Source: the human T2T-CHM13v2.0 reference genome, Homo sapiens. Taken from it: DNA of 64,000 bases. Every line of letters starts with the position of its first letter. Within the stretch, counting starts at the first letter, position 1. The DNA lies in NCBI RefSeq assembly GCF_009914755.1, contig NC_060931.1; one strand, written 5' to 3'. A model generated the notes under the pieces. The model was not told the DNA's origin. It saw only the letters and a program-made list of their open reading frames with translations, and ran no database searches. Shown here in pieces: positions 1-14,998 of the stretch. A program made the position numbers and the translations under genes.

Positions 1-539
1 GTATTTTAAGTGAAAGAAGGCAGGCAATAAAAGGGGGCAAAACTTACAATCACATATGCACACACTAATGATCTGTGAAGTGTGCAATTAAAACAATATT
101 TTTATTTTCTTCCTTTTGCTTATCTGCACTTCCTATTTTTTCCAAATGTGAACTTGCCTACATTTTGTAAATAAGGGGAAAAAAATAAAATTTTTAAAAA
201 GATAAAAGATATCTTGCACCCATGGAACTAGATACAACAGACATGAAGAGAATGCAGTTTTGAAATTTGAAACTGCACAGAAAATGCAGTTTTGAGATTT
301 GAAACTGTTAAGACAAAAAGCACAATTGAACGATTTTCAACTGTAATAGAGGCAGAAAATTGGGTACTTCAGAAAACTGAAGTGGCTCATCGGAAGATGA
401 GTTCTGTACATTCTTTCAGAATGTGGAAGAAAAGAACAAGAACCAGAACATAATGGGTGCAAAGGTAAGATAAATGCAGGACAGACAAAAGGAACCATTG
501 TTTATGAAATCCAGAGGTCAGTGCTGGCTTCCACTGCTG

Positions 540-1060
540 CTCTTCCAACTTTTTCCCACCCACAAAATAGCTAGAGTGATCTATTAACAGTGTAAATCAG
601 ACCAGGTCACTCCCTTAGTTACATTCCTTCAGAGGCTTCCTATTGCATTTCACGTAACATACAAAATTCTCAGCTGGCTACAGAGCTGTGTTCACTCTCC
701 CCTCCAGCAGACTCCCAGCACTCCAGCCACACTGGTCTTTCTGTTCTTTGAAGGCCAAGTTCTTCATCTCCAGGCCTTTGGGAATGCTGCTTCGTCCACT
801 AGAAATGTTCTCAATTCTCTTCTTCCTTCAGGTCACAGCTTACGTTAAACTTCTGCAGGGAAGCGATCCTCCCTATGCTATATTTTCCCTCATCAGATGT
901 ATCATCATATGTGGTTATAATTTACTTGTATATCTTTCACCACGGGATAAGCTGATTGGAGACAGGGACCATGTCTAATTCATTCTCTTGTGTTAGGCTG
1001 CGCATAACACAGTCCCTAGCACACAGTGGGTGCTCAAGAAGTCTTTGTTAATTAATGACT
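540..1060 (+). mobile_element. L2 LINE 3' fragment
   Basis: L2-like gctagagtgatct...aaatcagaccaggtcactccc and 3' end cctagcacacagtgggtgctcaa. Confidence 0.55.
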
Positions 1061-1687
1061 GTCTCAAATGTTCTTCTATTTGTGTATTTTCATGGTTATT
1101 TCTAAAATAAGCTGGAAAATTGATTCCCTTCCATCTATGCTTATGCTACCATCTTACAGTGATATTGCCAGATGCTGGTGTTTAATTGCTGCTCCTCCTA
1201 TTACATAAACTAATTTCTAGAAGTAAGCTAACCAAATTTTAGGGCTGTGTTGTCCATTTGGAGCTTCTGAGTGAGGTATCCAGATGGTCTGGAAGAATGA
1301 AAATGACTTCGAAACCTGCCTTGCATAATCTCAGTGAGTAGTTTATGCATCGATAGACTCTAGTTCAATCAACGGCAGGGGCTATCTTTTAATTATGTTG
1401 TTTTCATTCTGTCATCTAAAACATTGCTGCACAAATTGTAGGTGTCTTATACATGCTTATTGATTTAATTAAAAGTTAATAGACGTGTTTTCTTGCAGAA
1501 TGGTAATTCAGTGTTTTCTCATTTTTACTGATCATCTCTTATCACCAAATGGAGCTTTCCTACTATGCTGATTAACGCCTGAAATAGTAGGATTTAGCTC
1601 CTTATTGAAAACAATAATTGAAGTTGTGATCTTTCAAAATCTCTCTAGAAATGTTATGCTTTTAGTCTCTTTTTTATCCATTATATG

Positions 1688-1975
1688 TGTATTAGTTATC
1701 CATTGCTGCATAACATATTACCCCAAAATTTAGGATTTTAGAACAACATTTATTACATCACAGTTTCTATAGGTCAGGAATCCAGGAAAGCTTACCTGGG
1801 TCCTCTGGCTCAGGATCTCTCAAAAGTGTGTAGTCATCTGAAAACTCAACCCAGGTAGGATCCTCTTCCAAGCTAACTCATTGGCTCCGGGCAGGCCTTA
1901 TTTTCTTCCTGGCTATTGGCTAGAGGCCTCAGTTCCTTGTCTTTTCACAGGGTAGCTCACAACATGGCAGCTTGC
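1688..1975 (-). mobile_element. MLT1 (MaLR) LTR fragment
   Basis: Starts tgtattagttatccattgctgcataac (reverse complement of MLT1 3' end); ggtcaggaatccagg, cacaacatggcagcttg. Confidence 0.65.
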
Positions 1976-2029
1976 TTTTACTGGGGGAAAATTAAAAAAT
2001 AATGAATTCTAACCACAGTTTAAAAATTC

Positions 2030-3050
2030 AATTAAAGAAAAAGAAAGGTTTGATGTACATTAACAACAACAGCAAACTATAAGTCAATAAACCTAACACA
2101 ATGTATGCATGTCCTATATGAAGAAAATTGTAAAACTTTGGTAAGATGCACTGAATAAGGACAAGTAAATAGTGAGGTAGTCCATGTTCATAGATAGGAT
2201 GACCCAATATAGTACACATGCTAATTATTTCCAAATAAATTAATTTCCAATCAAACTCTTAAGAGGATTTTTCATGAAATCTCAGAGGTTGATTCCAAAA
2301 TTTATATGAATGACCATAGAGTCCAGAAGAATCAAAATATTATAGGAGATGAGAAGAAAATCATACTGTTCTTGATATCAAGATTTATTATAAAACCATG
2401 TAATTACAACATTATAGTATTGATACAGGAATAGACAAACTGAGTAATTGGACAGACGAGGGAGTGCAGAAATAGACCCACATACACGTCGAGCTTTGAT
2501 ATATGATGGGGGAGTGTTTTAGATTGTTGGGGAAAGGACAGAGCATTTCATTCAATAAATGGTAGCAGAATGTTTTTTGCAGAAAAATAGTGAAAATAAA
2601 TCCTACTTCACACCACGTACAAAAACCAATTATTGAATTTATATATGTATGAAAAGCACAACAATAAAAAGTTTAGAAGAACATATCTAACATTATCTTT
2701 TTGACCTCAGTATAGAAAAGAATTTTTTAGATAAAGCACAAAAATAGTGTCTACATTAAAATTAAAAATTTATTCATAAACAATATAAAGTGGAAACACA
2801 AGTCGTATATCCAGAAATATGAAACACATTTAATTAACAAAGTAATATTATATGTGTATGTATGTATTTCTACAAACCATTGAGAAAAAAGTAAAAAACA
2901 CACTAAAAATCATTTTACACAAAAGGAAAAATGGTGAATAGAGCTATGAGAGGATGCTTGGCCTCATTAGTAATTGGGGAGATGCAAATTAGTATCACAA
3001 TGAGATATTGTTACCAACTTGTTTGCCAAAATTAGGATGCCTAACAGCTT
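2030..3050 (+). mobile_element. Old L1M ORF2 3' fragment
   Basis: Degenerate L1 motifs ccatgttcatagatagga, gaaatagacccaca, ttcaataaatggt, gatgcaaattagtatcacaatgagata. Confidence 0.65.
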
Positions 3051-3089
3051 GTTTATTTGTACTACCAATATAGAAAAGAAAATAGGATG

Positions 3090-3400
3090 TTACTTTTGTG
3101 ATTGTATTATAAAGTCTCATGATCTTGTTAGCTGATTCTCTCTATTGCTTTCTTGGCTTGCATGCTTTGATGAAGCAAGCTGCCATGTTGAAGAGATCCA
3201 CCTGGCAAGGAACAGAATATAGCCTTTGGCCAAGAGCCAGCAAGGAGCCGAGACCCTCAGTCCAACAGCCTATGAGGGAATGAATCCTACCAACAACCAC
3301 AGAGGGTTAGAAGCAGATACTTCCCTAGCTGAGTCTTCAGATGAGGCCCTAGGCTTGACTGACACCTTAATTGCAGCCATAGCTGCACCCAGTCCACTGT
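3090..3400 (+). mobile_element. MLT1 (MaLR) LTR fragment
   Basis: gcaagctgccatgttg...ggcaaggaac...gaccctcagtccaacagcc...gaatcctaccaacaaccac. Confidence 0.65.
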
Positions 3401-4633
3401 ACATAATGTGTTAAAATTAACTCCCTTTGTGGCAATTCTATTTCTAACATTTACAATGTAAAGTTTCCAGTGTACAGAAGTGTGACTAACATATGTCTTA
3501 TGTATATTATACTATAGCAATCAAATATTTATTTTGAAATTCCATATAATAAATTTTTATATACTGTATGGCAACTTGGTGATTTTAATGTAGCCAAATG
3601 GAAATCTGGTCTTATGTTTGTTTACTTTTGACAAAGAAAGGTGATAAAACCTCTTGTAGATGAGCTGAAAGTTTCTTAGTTTAGCAGATGTTTTTTGTAC
3701 AAGAATGCACTATTGTATTTACTTAACATCTGTAATGAGATTTTGTTTGCTTTATCAATTGCCTAACATATTTGTATCTCATTGTTCTTGTTAAAGAACT
3801 TACTGGATCCTCTCTCAACATTTTACTCTTCTACGGGCACTGGAATTCTTAATGGCTTGCCTCTGTTTTTATCTTACAACAATGATTGGAAATTTCATAA
3901 CAATGAGAAATGATGTCTAATAATTTCGAGTGTCAGAGAGGATGTACAGCAGCATCACCACTTATATAATAGTAGCAAAGAATAAATTTGTGCAATCACT
4001 TTGGAAGTAAATTTGCCATTATCTTAAAAAGTTGTATTCCCTAGAGAAATCATCTATTGCACAAATGCAGCAAGAAATATGTGCCAGAAAAATTATTTAT
4101 AGCAGAAATCTTCATATTCACACAAGTAAGGAAAAAATCCCAGATGTCTATTGATAGTTTGGATACATCAACTGTAGTGTATTAACCTAGTAGAATATTA
4201 TATTGCAGGGAAAATAAGGTACATTTATTAAACAACATTGATAGAATTACAATATATAGTGAAAAAAAGCAAATTTCTCAGTGTTTTCAAATCCTTATAG
4301 TAAACTCTGGGATTCAGACATGAGAATTCAGAATTCCCAGGAATTCTCAGAAATTCCTGAAATCATAGTTATTCTAAAAATACTGCCAACTCTTCATTTG
4401 TTATTTCATACTTTATTTGTTATTATGGATATCTAAAATGTTTGTTTAGCAAATAAAATATACTGATTAGTAGTATTTACCAAGAAGTGTACCCTACAGC
4501 AAATATCCAAACAATGAAAAACACCAGCGGAAATTATGCATAGCATGGGAATAATTTAATATTCAGTCTCCCAGCAATGTAACAGCTCTTCATGGAATCA
4601 CATGTTGAAACTGTCTATTTAAGAACTCATCTT

Positions 4634-4852
4634 TTATCTTATTTTATTTTAAGTTCTGGGGCACATATGCAGGATGTGCAGGTTTGTTACATAGGCAAAT
4701 GTGTGCCCTGGTGACTTGGTGCACCTATCAACCCATCACCTAGCTATTAAGCCTAGCGTGCATTAGCTATTTCTCTTGATCCTCTCCCTCCCTACCCACA
4801 AACAGGCCCCAATGTGTGTTGTTTCCCTCCCTGTGTCCATGTGTTCACGTTG
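4634..4852 (-). mobile_element. Short 5'-truncated L1PA 3' end with target-site duplication
   Basis: Reverse complement of L1PA 3'UTR (aagttctggggcacatatgcaggatgtgcaggtttgttacatagg); TSD ttaagaactcatctt (4619-4633) / ttaagaactgatctt (4853-4867). Confidence 0.85.
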
Positions 4853-5540
4853 TTAAGAACTGATCTTGCATTCAGAACTTGTTATTCCTTGAAACACTAC
4901 TCAAAGGATTTATACAAAGTACACCATGTCTATAAACTCATTAATATCTGTTTTATTTGTGAGAATGATTCACTGTTAGGAGCAGTCAGGACCAGGAACA
5001 CATAGTTAGGATATGAGAACTGCTGGAAGCAAGACTGACTTATCAGATCACGATCCTTCTCTCTGTGATGCTACTGTCCTCTTTCCTAGAAAAGTCAACC
5101 TTAATATTTTATTCCATTTTCCAACTCTTCCTGCTCTTGCTTTCGACTTGACATCAGTTAGATTCCTTCAAAGCAGTATCAACTGCAGGTACTAATTCTA
5201 GTACTTTTCCTCATTTAAAGAAATTTTTTTCTGACTGACTCTTCTCAGAATTTGGGATTCAGAAAAATATGTAAATTTGCTGAGAAATGTCTAGAAGGAA
5301 ATCCTGCCTGGAACAGTACTTGGAACTATATATAGTATAGTGGCATTTTTATAAATCTCAAAAATGTGCAAAAGGAAGTAAAAAAAATATAAAAATAGAA
5401 TAGTGGTTACCTTTTAATGAGGGACCAGACTTGGAATGGGAGAGAAAAAAAGCACATAGGTGGTTGTAAGTTGTTGATTATGTTTTGATTCTTGGCTGGG
5501 AAGTGGTCACAGGTGTTTGTATAATTTTTCTATGTAATTA

Positions 5541-5880
<340 letters not shown>

Positions 5881-5940
<60 letters not shown>
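5881..5940 (+). repeat. (CA)30 microsatellite in place of the Alu poly(A) tail
   Basis: Perfect CA run directly after the Alu 3' end. Confidence 0.97.
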
Positions 5941-5942
<2 letters not shown>

Positions 5943-6137
5943 ACCAGATCAGAATACCCTTCTTTTTATCCGTAAGTTTTAGTCCTAAAGTCTAAGGTAA
6001 ATAGTTAATCCCCTACCCATGCTAAAATTTAAACTGTTCATTATTTCTATCATGCCCATGTATGTATTTAGTTAGAGAATCCATCCTGTCATTTGACTTC
6101 AGTCTGTCTTCTACATTCCCGCGTTACATTTCTAAAG

Positions 6138-6327
6138 CAGTGGTTCTCAACGTGCAGTCCCTGAGCCAACAGCATATGCTTCTGCCTGAACGCTGGTTAG
6201 AATGCTTATTCTCTAACCCCACGCTAGACCCACTTAATCAGAAACATCTGCAGGTGGGGCCCATTGGCTCTGCTTTTTAACAAGCGCTCTGGATGACTCG
6301 AATGCAGCTGAAGTCTGAGAACCACTG
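6138..6327. mobile_element. MER5A-like hAT-Charlie MITE
   Basis: Terminal inverted repeats cagtggttctca / tgagaaccactg; 8-bp TSD ttctaaag / ttgtaaag. Confidence 0.85.
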
Positions 6328-6370
6328 TTGTAAAGCTTCAAGTTAAAGAACTCAGGTAGGCCTGATTTAG

Positions 6371-6765
<395 letters not shown>

Positions 6766-7221
6766 ATATTGGGCACAGTTTTTAAGGGGTGGGACTGTGT
6801 GCTTCGTATGGTAATTCTAAACTTCCTTAAGGTTTAGAATCCCTCTCCCAATGCCCAGGAATGAAGTACAATGGAAGTGAGAAGGAGGGGAACAAATTGT
6901 TTGCTGGACAAACTGTTTTCCACTTGGTTTTCCCCAAGGTGAGATGAGTCGAGCGCATCCATCATTGATAGGAGAAATCAAATGGATTTTTTCTTTTCCT
7001 TTTTATATAAGAGGTATAATTGTTTCTCATAGGCATCCCTCATATTGTTATAGAGTTGGGTGCTCTTTCTAGTTTTATCTTTGACAAAGACTTTAGAAAT
7101 TTGTAGACAAAAATGCCTTGTTGCCTTGAACCTTATACTTTAGCCCTTTTTATTTCTCAGTTTGTTAGGATTCATATCAAAATGTATAATATAATTTTAA
7201 ACTCTAGATGGTTGGGGGTAA

Positions 7222-7870
7222 CTTTTTTATTGCGTTAACTTATACAAAACATAACATTTACCATTTTAACCATTTTTGAGTCTCCAATTCAGCACCATTG
7301 AGTACATTTGCAATGTTGCATACCTTTTGCCATTCTCTATTTCCAGAATTGTTTTTATCTTCTTAGAAACTCGGTACTCATAAACAATAACTCCCCATTA
7401 TCCCATCCCTTTGGCCTCTAGTAACCTCCATTCTACTTCCTGTCTTTATGAATTTGCCCTTTCTAGATACTTCATATTAGGTGGAATCTTACAATTTTCT
7501 TTTGTGTTGGCTTACTTCACTTAGCCTAACATTTTCAAGGTTCATCCGTGCTGTAGTGTGACTCATAATTTCCTTCCTTTTTATGGTTAATATTCCAGTT
7601 TTATGGCACAGTGTATGTCTATACCACATTTTATTCATTTATCTGTCTATGAACACTTTTTGGCTACCATGAATAATGCTGTTAATGAACATTGGTGTAT
7701 GTGTTTAAATCCCTGTTTTTAATTCTTTTGGGCATACATACCAAGGAGTAGAATTGGTGGATTATATGATAATTCTATATTTAACTTTTTGAAGAATTTC
7801 CCAAGCTGTTTTCCACTGTAGCTGCACCATTTTGCATTCCCACCAGCTATGTGTGAAGATTCCAATTGGG
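7222..7870 (-). mobile_element. L1M (L1MA/MB-type) 3' end fragment
   Basis: tttaccattttaaccatttt...taacctccattctactt...ttttcaaggttcatcc...gcaccattttgcattcccaccagc. Confidence 0.8.
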
Positions 7871-8827
7871 AATATCTTTATGTGTCATGTCATGCGATTT
7901 TAGAAACAAAAGCAAAAGATGTAAAGATTAGTTTTCACCTACAGGTGAAAACCAATAGTTAAACTAAAAGCAAAGCTATGAGACATTAAAACCTAAGATT
8001 TATGGTTTTCCTCTTGTTTGGAGAACTTTTCCAGAATCCGCAAGTGTTGCTGGCACGAGTTTCATTGTCAGTAGGTAATGTGAAAATTGAATTTGTTGTT
8101 GGTGATAAAGTTCACGTGTGCTTTCTTTGGGGGGACACTGATTTGGGATTATAGTTTACTGTAACCTGGTAATTTCAGTAATGCAAATGCAACAAAATGT
8201 TACTTAAAAACAAAACATAAATTCAATCGGGGGTGGCAAGGCAATTAAGGGGAACTCTCTCCATTTGGCTGTCCTTCTGGGGTATTATGGCAGCTGCAGC
8301 CAATATTGAACAGGGAGCTGCAGCTGTTTACAGATGCATTAGGAAGGCGAGGCTCTGGAACTCAGTTGCACAATTTCTCCTGTGCAAAAGAAAAGCCAAA
8401 ATTGTCAGAGAGGGAGGAAGTCTAGGGGATATAAGTAAATTTAATTTTCAGCGAGAGCTCAATGTGCTAATCCTGAGTATTACTGCTGCAATCAGTCAGA
8501 ATCTAGGTTTCTACTGGTCACAGGAAAGGTGATTTATGTTCTGAATAGTCAAATCACTCCTTATTTCCCAATATATCAGCTACTCTTATACATGTGTGCC
8601 AGTCTATCTTACATTTAGAATATTTATAAAGCTCATTCATGCTAAGGAATTTTTAGGGTTTGAATTGTCTGTGGGTTGCAAGGCTGCCAATTTTCAGAAG
8701 TTTGCACCATGATAAATTCAGAATTGTAGGTAGGGACTAAAACATCAAGTCTTCTGGAGCTTTGGTAATAAAAAGCTTTTCATTGAAAAGCATAGAGCTT
8801 CAAATGGGAATTATGAGAATTAAAGGG

Positions 8828-9048
8828 TCTGGGCAACATGGTAAAACCCAATCTCTACAAAAAATACCAAAAAAATTAGCCAGGCCTGGTGGTGTGCACC
8901 TGCAGTCCCAGCTACTTCAGGGACCTGAGGTGGGAGGATCACTTGAGCCAGGAGGTCAAGGCTGCAGTGAGCTGTCATTGCACCACTGCATTCCAGCCTG
9001 AGTGAGAAAGTGAGACCCTGTCTCAAAAAATAAAAAATAAAAAAAAAA
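8828..9048 (+). mobile_element. AluJ element, 5'-truncated
   Basis: ctgggcaacatggt...gggaggatcacttgagcc...gctgcagtgagct...gagaccctgtctc plus A tail. Confidence 0.9.
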
Positions 9049-10049
9049 TGAAGAGGAATACAAACTCGGGGCTCCTGGATTTAACTTGTGACTAGACACT
9101 TAACAGGTGGTCTGCCACTTCCCTTATGACTCTGATGACATCATCTCTTTGCCAAGATGTTGAAGCTGAACACACATCCAGCAGAACAGGAGCTACCTCA
9201 GTAATTCAACAAATTATATTTATTGTCTCATCTGGCTATCCCCAGTTGCCCAGGAGTTTGACTTTTGGTCATTACTCTTTACCATATATGTGGTTGTCAT
9301 GTAAAAAAGCCAAACAAAACAGTCACAAAATCAATTTGTTGCCAGGGAAGAAAGGGGGCTTCAGGGAAAGGAGGAAGACCCCAATCCCCTCGGGGAAAAA
9401 AGCAGAAAGGTCAATTTAGTTTATTAAAGAGCTGATCCTTTTAGGTTCAGGATATAATACACTTCCTTTAATGCCATCTAATAGGAAATCAGAAACAGTC
9501 CAAAGGCACACTATTCCCTTAGGAAGAGTCAACACAAAATTAGCACCACCAGACCAAAGTCTAGTGCTTTGTGCTGCCTTAAGCACAGAATCCTGCAATG
9601 CAAATGCCATTTTAACTCCTTGGAATCAAATTCAGGGCCTGGTGTATGGAGGTGTTCTGGTAGGCATATGTATATATAAAGAAAGGGCAAATAAAGTATA
9701 GTTTAGAATGTTCTGGTAAATTTGTGCCATAGCTGAAAAAGTACAGAAAAAATGTATTTTCCCCTAAATAATCCATCATGAACATACATTAGTTAGGTTC
9801 TTACTATATTGCTCAGCATTATTAGAGTAGATCAATTGAGAACATTCCTCAAAGGAAAAAGAATGGTGGTTGCAAATTACGGGCCCCAGGACCAAGGGGA
9901 GAAAAGCGGTTGAAGTAAGGGAGGGCTCCCAGTCAGAAATCAAAGAGGGCAGGCAGTCAGAGAGGACCATGGTGAGAATCAAATTTCGAGGGCACGGGAA
10001 GAAGGGCAAGGGTCTGAGTCAAGGATGAAATGCTCCTGAAGAGTAAGAA

Positions 10050-11050
10050 TGCTAGAGGCCTCTGTGCCTGGTACCTGCTGTGCAGTGAGAAAGCAGGCAC
10101 AGTGGCTTAAAGGCACTAGGCAGTGTTTGCAGGTGGCAATAGACACAGATGCGTGTAACATGCAGCCCTCATCTCAGCGGACTCCTGGTGTATCTGGGCA
10201 CACTCAGTGATCACATATGAAGCAACCAGAGAACAATTCAAAGTTGCAAATGATTGAGAAGGACTAAATAATAGGTCCCTGACTGTGAGGTTCTGAGGCA
10301 GTGGTTAGGGAAGTCTTCACAGAGGAGGGAGCTTGAGCAGGCCTCCGTAAGGTTAGGGAGCAGGAAAGGGATGTGGACATTTCAAGCAAACAGACAGCAT
10401 GCCCGAAGGTCCTGAGGTTGAGGGAACATGACATAGTGGCTGCATGGAACATGGGTGATTAGCCCGGAACAAACATGGCACTGCACAGCCTGGGAGACTG
10501 ACCCCCGTGGAGCAAATGGTATGCTTTGAGAACCTGTGGGAAGTGAATGTGGCTGGAGAAGTATGAGGGCCAGCGAAAGACTGAGTGATGTAGGAAAGAC
10601 AGAAAGCCTTGAAAGCAGTGGGAAGGGATGATTTGTCTGAAGGGGAACAGGGAGCATTGGAGACGTCAGAGGCAGAGTGAGAAGAAACCACACAGGAGGT
10701 TGATGAAGTGGTCCAGCCATGGGACCAGAGAGGAAATCATCATTGTTATGCCAGTTTAGAAGAAAAGTCAAACAGCTTATGTGCTTTGACTGCCTATGAA
10801 GTATAAAGAAGAGAAGCATCCAGAATATCTCCAGAATTTCAAGTCCAAGGGAAAGGGAGGTCAGAGAAAGGAGACTTTCCGTGTGAACCTGGTATGGGCA
10901 AGAATGACATAAGTATTATATTGGACATACTGATACTAAAGTAATATCTAAACGTCTAAGCGGAAATGCCCAGTGAGCGGTTAGAAAGATGGAAATAAAG
11001 CTAAGATCACAATAAAGGACAGGAAATACAGATTTGAATATGTACAAGAT
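10050..11050 (-). mobile_element. Degraded L2 fragments
   Basis: L2-like purine-rich text such as ggaagtcttcacagaggag, atattggacatactga, aatgcccagtgagcggttagaa. Confidence 0.45.
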
Positions 11051-14000
11051 AATTCTCAGAGAGTTGTATGTTCATATGTTATGACCCTGGGTGGAATTCT
11101 TTTCTGGATTCCACATGGGACATGAATTTGTGTCCTTGAATTGGTTGCATACACTTTTCCCTTTATCAGAGGCAGCAGTACAATAAAGCAACTTCTTTGA
11201 TACCAGAATGGGGAGGAGAAAAGTGAATTTGCAAAGAATCTACTAATAGTTGACTTGGATGAGAATTTTCTCTGGGGTTTTGAGACTCCATAACCATGAT
11301 TTGGGGGTGAAAAGGAGACCCATCAGAATGCTCATCACTTTTTAAAGATGCTAGTGGAAAACTCAGTGTCATAGACAAAGGTAATTCTTTTCCATTGAAG
11401 CCCAGCCTTTTGGTCTAAGTATCACTTCTCTTACTGAATGGAACATCTTTAATCTAAACAGGTTGCTTTGGCTTTGTTTCCTCAGTGAGGTGTTCTCATC
11501 AGAGAAATCTGTTGTTTAGTGTATACAGGTTGATTTGGTGAAATGATATTTGTGTGTGGTGTTATGTAAATAGAGGTATGGCCCATCTTTCTGATAGTAG
11601 CATAGTCTATAATTAGGATGGACGTGCATGTAAGCAGAGAGGTGTGTGCGTGCATGCACATGTGCATGCTGAGGGGCAGGGGGCGGAGAGGAGTGTACGC
11701 CAGCCTGTGTTAAAGTTCTTGATGTAAAGAAAGTCACCAATTCACAAAGGAATTTGATTACCTCTATCCATTATACACACACAGTGAGTGAGCGTGCTAC
11801 TCACCATCTGTCATCTATTTCATTTGCATCACCAGCACCTGGCCTGTTTATCTGCTACATTCGTTTCTTCACCGAGTTCTTACACTGCTTTAATAAAATA
11901 CAGAAATGTTATTGTTAAAAACCAATTAATTTACAATCCTCCACAGAGATAGTATTACTTATAATTCAATTTGGCTTCTAATGATCTGCTTTCTTACAAA
12001 ATGACTTAATTCTTGTGTCAAAGATTAGTTATTAGATATTACCCCGCTGCACCAGCCATGTACTGCTGAGGTAGGCAAAGCAGCTTGGAATGTCCCTGGC
12101 CATTAATCAGAAGTCTGATATATTTTCTTGTTTAACTCCTTCAAGAACCTGGCCGCAGCCATAGTGCCCTTAACTGTTCCCCTGACTGAATGTTCTCTAA
12201 CTTGATGACGCCTGGTACAAGGAGATTCGGAAGTTTCAGACAAAGCTTTTGTTTTTCATCTAAGAACTTGAATAAACCTATACAAGTTGGGATTTTTTTC
12301 TAGGTCCCTACACCCACATACATTTTCACTTGGCCATTTCCTACAGGATTGACTCTCCTAGCCAGCCATTTTGTGAACGAGGTGTAAAAAGGTTGCTCCC
12401 TCTTCCCTTAATCTGGCCTTTAGGAGTGAACCTGGTTGGATCCACACACAATGGTGGGGTGTGGGTGGCTTTCCATGCCATCATGGTATCATCCACACCC
12501 ATCACACAGGCCAGCCTGCTCACACAGCGGCAGTCTGGCAGCCCTCAGCCACTTGTCCACACATTCACGAATGAAACCACTAAACATATGGCTGTAGCCA
12601 GTACATTCGAGAAACATCAGCTTGGGCTTACAGATTGAAAAGCCTTAAATACCTTAAAAAAATTTTTTTTATACTAAAATTGGTTTTAGTATAACATTCT
12701 TAAGCTGCACGTGTCTCTACTTTTTCAACCTTCTGATGTGATGCAGAATTTAGTGTGGAAGCTATTACATTCCTTCTCAATTTAATTTCCATTATACACA
12801 TGGCAAACGTCACACAGCCTAACAGTGGGATGTATATATATATTTATGTATTTTTATTCCATATATAGGGAATTTAAAATATAAATATTTTATGCTTATA
12901 TTTTAAATTGCGACGGTAAAGACTAAAATCTTTTCTGAGAAATGTATGAACAATATGAAGTCATGAAAATAATCATTGAAGATTAGTAATACCCAAATGA
13001 GGATACTTCTCAAACCTTGAAATGACTCAATTTGCTGAAACCGAAGGGGCCAGAGAATTTTAGAATACAGAGAGAAAGCATGTGAAAGGGGGAAAAATCT
13101 TCCTGTGGTACAATTAACTATAAAGCCAGCATCCTACATTTACAAAATAGATTTTTTAAATGATGCATCCATGTTGCTTATACTTTTTGGATTTATAAAA
13201 ATGCAGTTGCTGCCAGCTCTGAAGCACGTGCTTCTGTTAAAACTACGGGGGGCTACAAAGGTAGCAGCAGTTCAGTTTGACTTCTTCTCTGGATTGTGCC
13301 ACATTCAAAGCATGAGATACTCATTATCTTACAAAAGCAGAGAAACCAGCTCTGTGACTGGGGGAGGCGAAACTTGAGCAGCTGCCCTATTAGAAGCATT
13401 TTCTTTTTTGTACGTTATAATATCAAGAGAACTGTGCCTAGCACCATACACTCCATTTTACATAACAGGTTTCCTGCAAATGATCAAACTCATTGGTACA
13501 CTCTAAAAGATAATTTTATCCCAGCCCCATGGTTCCTCCTGCAGGCTGCTCTCTGATTACCCAACAAATTATAGGTATTACTCTAAATATCGTGTTCTGT
13601 CTGTTCATGTACATTTTTACATTCTTCTGCTAGTAAAACTGAAGATCATATTTAATATGAGGCTGTCCCAGAATTTGAGATATTTAAAAATAAAGTCAGA
13701 GTGAGCCAAAGGAAGAAAACAATAGGGATAAAGAAGGACAAATGGTCCCCAAATCTGTTCACTGGTGACTATGGCTCAAATCAATATGATTTAAACTTCT
13801 TTTGGGATAATAAATAATTCACATTCCTGAATCACTTCTCTATATGCAAAGTAGAAATGGGAAGCAAATGCCAAAAATGTCCCCAAAAAGAATAATCTCC
13901 GAATAACCCTGTTTTCTGAACTTTATTCTTCAAATTCAGACAATGCATCATCAACCTCAGAAATAGGAGTCGAGCCAAACAAGCTGCAATCTAATATGGA

Positions 14001-14849
14001 AATGTGGTCCTGGCCCCGGTACTGTGTCATTCTTCTGAATGGGATCACCTGCACCCATCCCTCCTAGGAGAAAATTTCAAACAGAGTTAGCTCCTTAAAC
14101 CTTCTAATTAAAATGAGAAATCCCCAGGCTTCCATGACTCAGCCTCAGAAAAAGATTATTAGGAATTTAATAGGGAAAATATAGCAGCTCAGACCATCTG
14201 TGACCCAGTGCTCTGTGAGAATTTAAAGAAAACTGGAGGGAGGCAGCCCACACTCCAATGCACGCTCGAGGAGTACTTTGTAGGAGCTGCAATAAATCAA
14301 CATAGTTAGAGTACAGCCTTTTTCAGATTTAATTACTGTTACATAATTATTAGCAAAGCATTCTCCTCTGAAACTGTAAAACTCATTACATCAAAAATCC
14401 CCAAGCTCCTGATGGAATTTATGAACTAGTTACTTTCTTTCTAGCTCTGGGAAAATAGTGGAATAGAGTCCAGATTTGTCTCCAGCTTTTCAGAAGCAGA
14501 GAGGGATTTTTTTCCCTCCTGTTTTGTGTCATTTCAGTAGGTTTCTGAACTGAGTTTGCTATGGACCATTCTCTTAGACATTTATCCATATTCTCACCTA
14601 AATACTCGTTTAAATGATTATGTTTCCTTTCAGTGGGAATGGTATTAAGCAAGTAAGTTTCAAAGTGTGTCAGCAAGAAGCTGACTAATTTTCAACAGGG
14701 TGAAAGATCAATCCACTTGAGGTGTCTTTGAGTTTTTGCGGGTTCAACCAGGGTCAAAAAAGTCCCAGCGAGTAGTGGGGATTGTTTTGGAAGGACAGAT
14801 GTTATCATGGGAGTGATACCACTACATACAGTGGGACATTGGATCTGAC

Positions 14850-14998
14850 CTGTGCGTCTCTTCCCAATACCACATGTGGTGGCGTTACACTGGTAGCTTG
14901 AAATTGGCCATGGTGGGAGTATTTGTACCACAAAAATTGGCAAATGCTACAAATCCAGGCTTTTTCCCTGCACAGCCACATTTGCCAACACAGCGTTG
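14850..14998. mobile_element. MER63-like hAT-Blackjack fragment
   Basis: agcttgaaattggccatggtgggagtatttg...aattggcaaatgctacaaatc. Confidence 0.6.
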
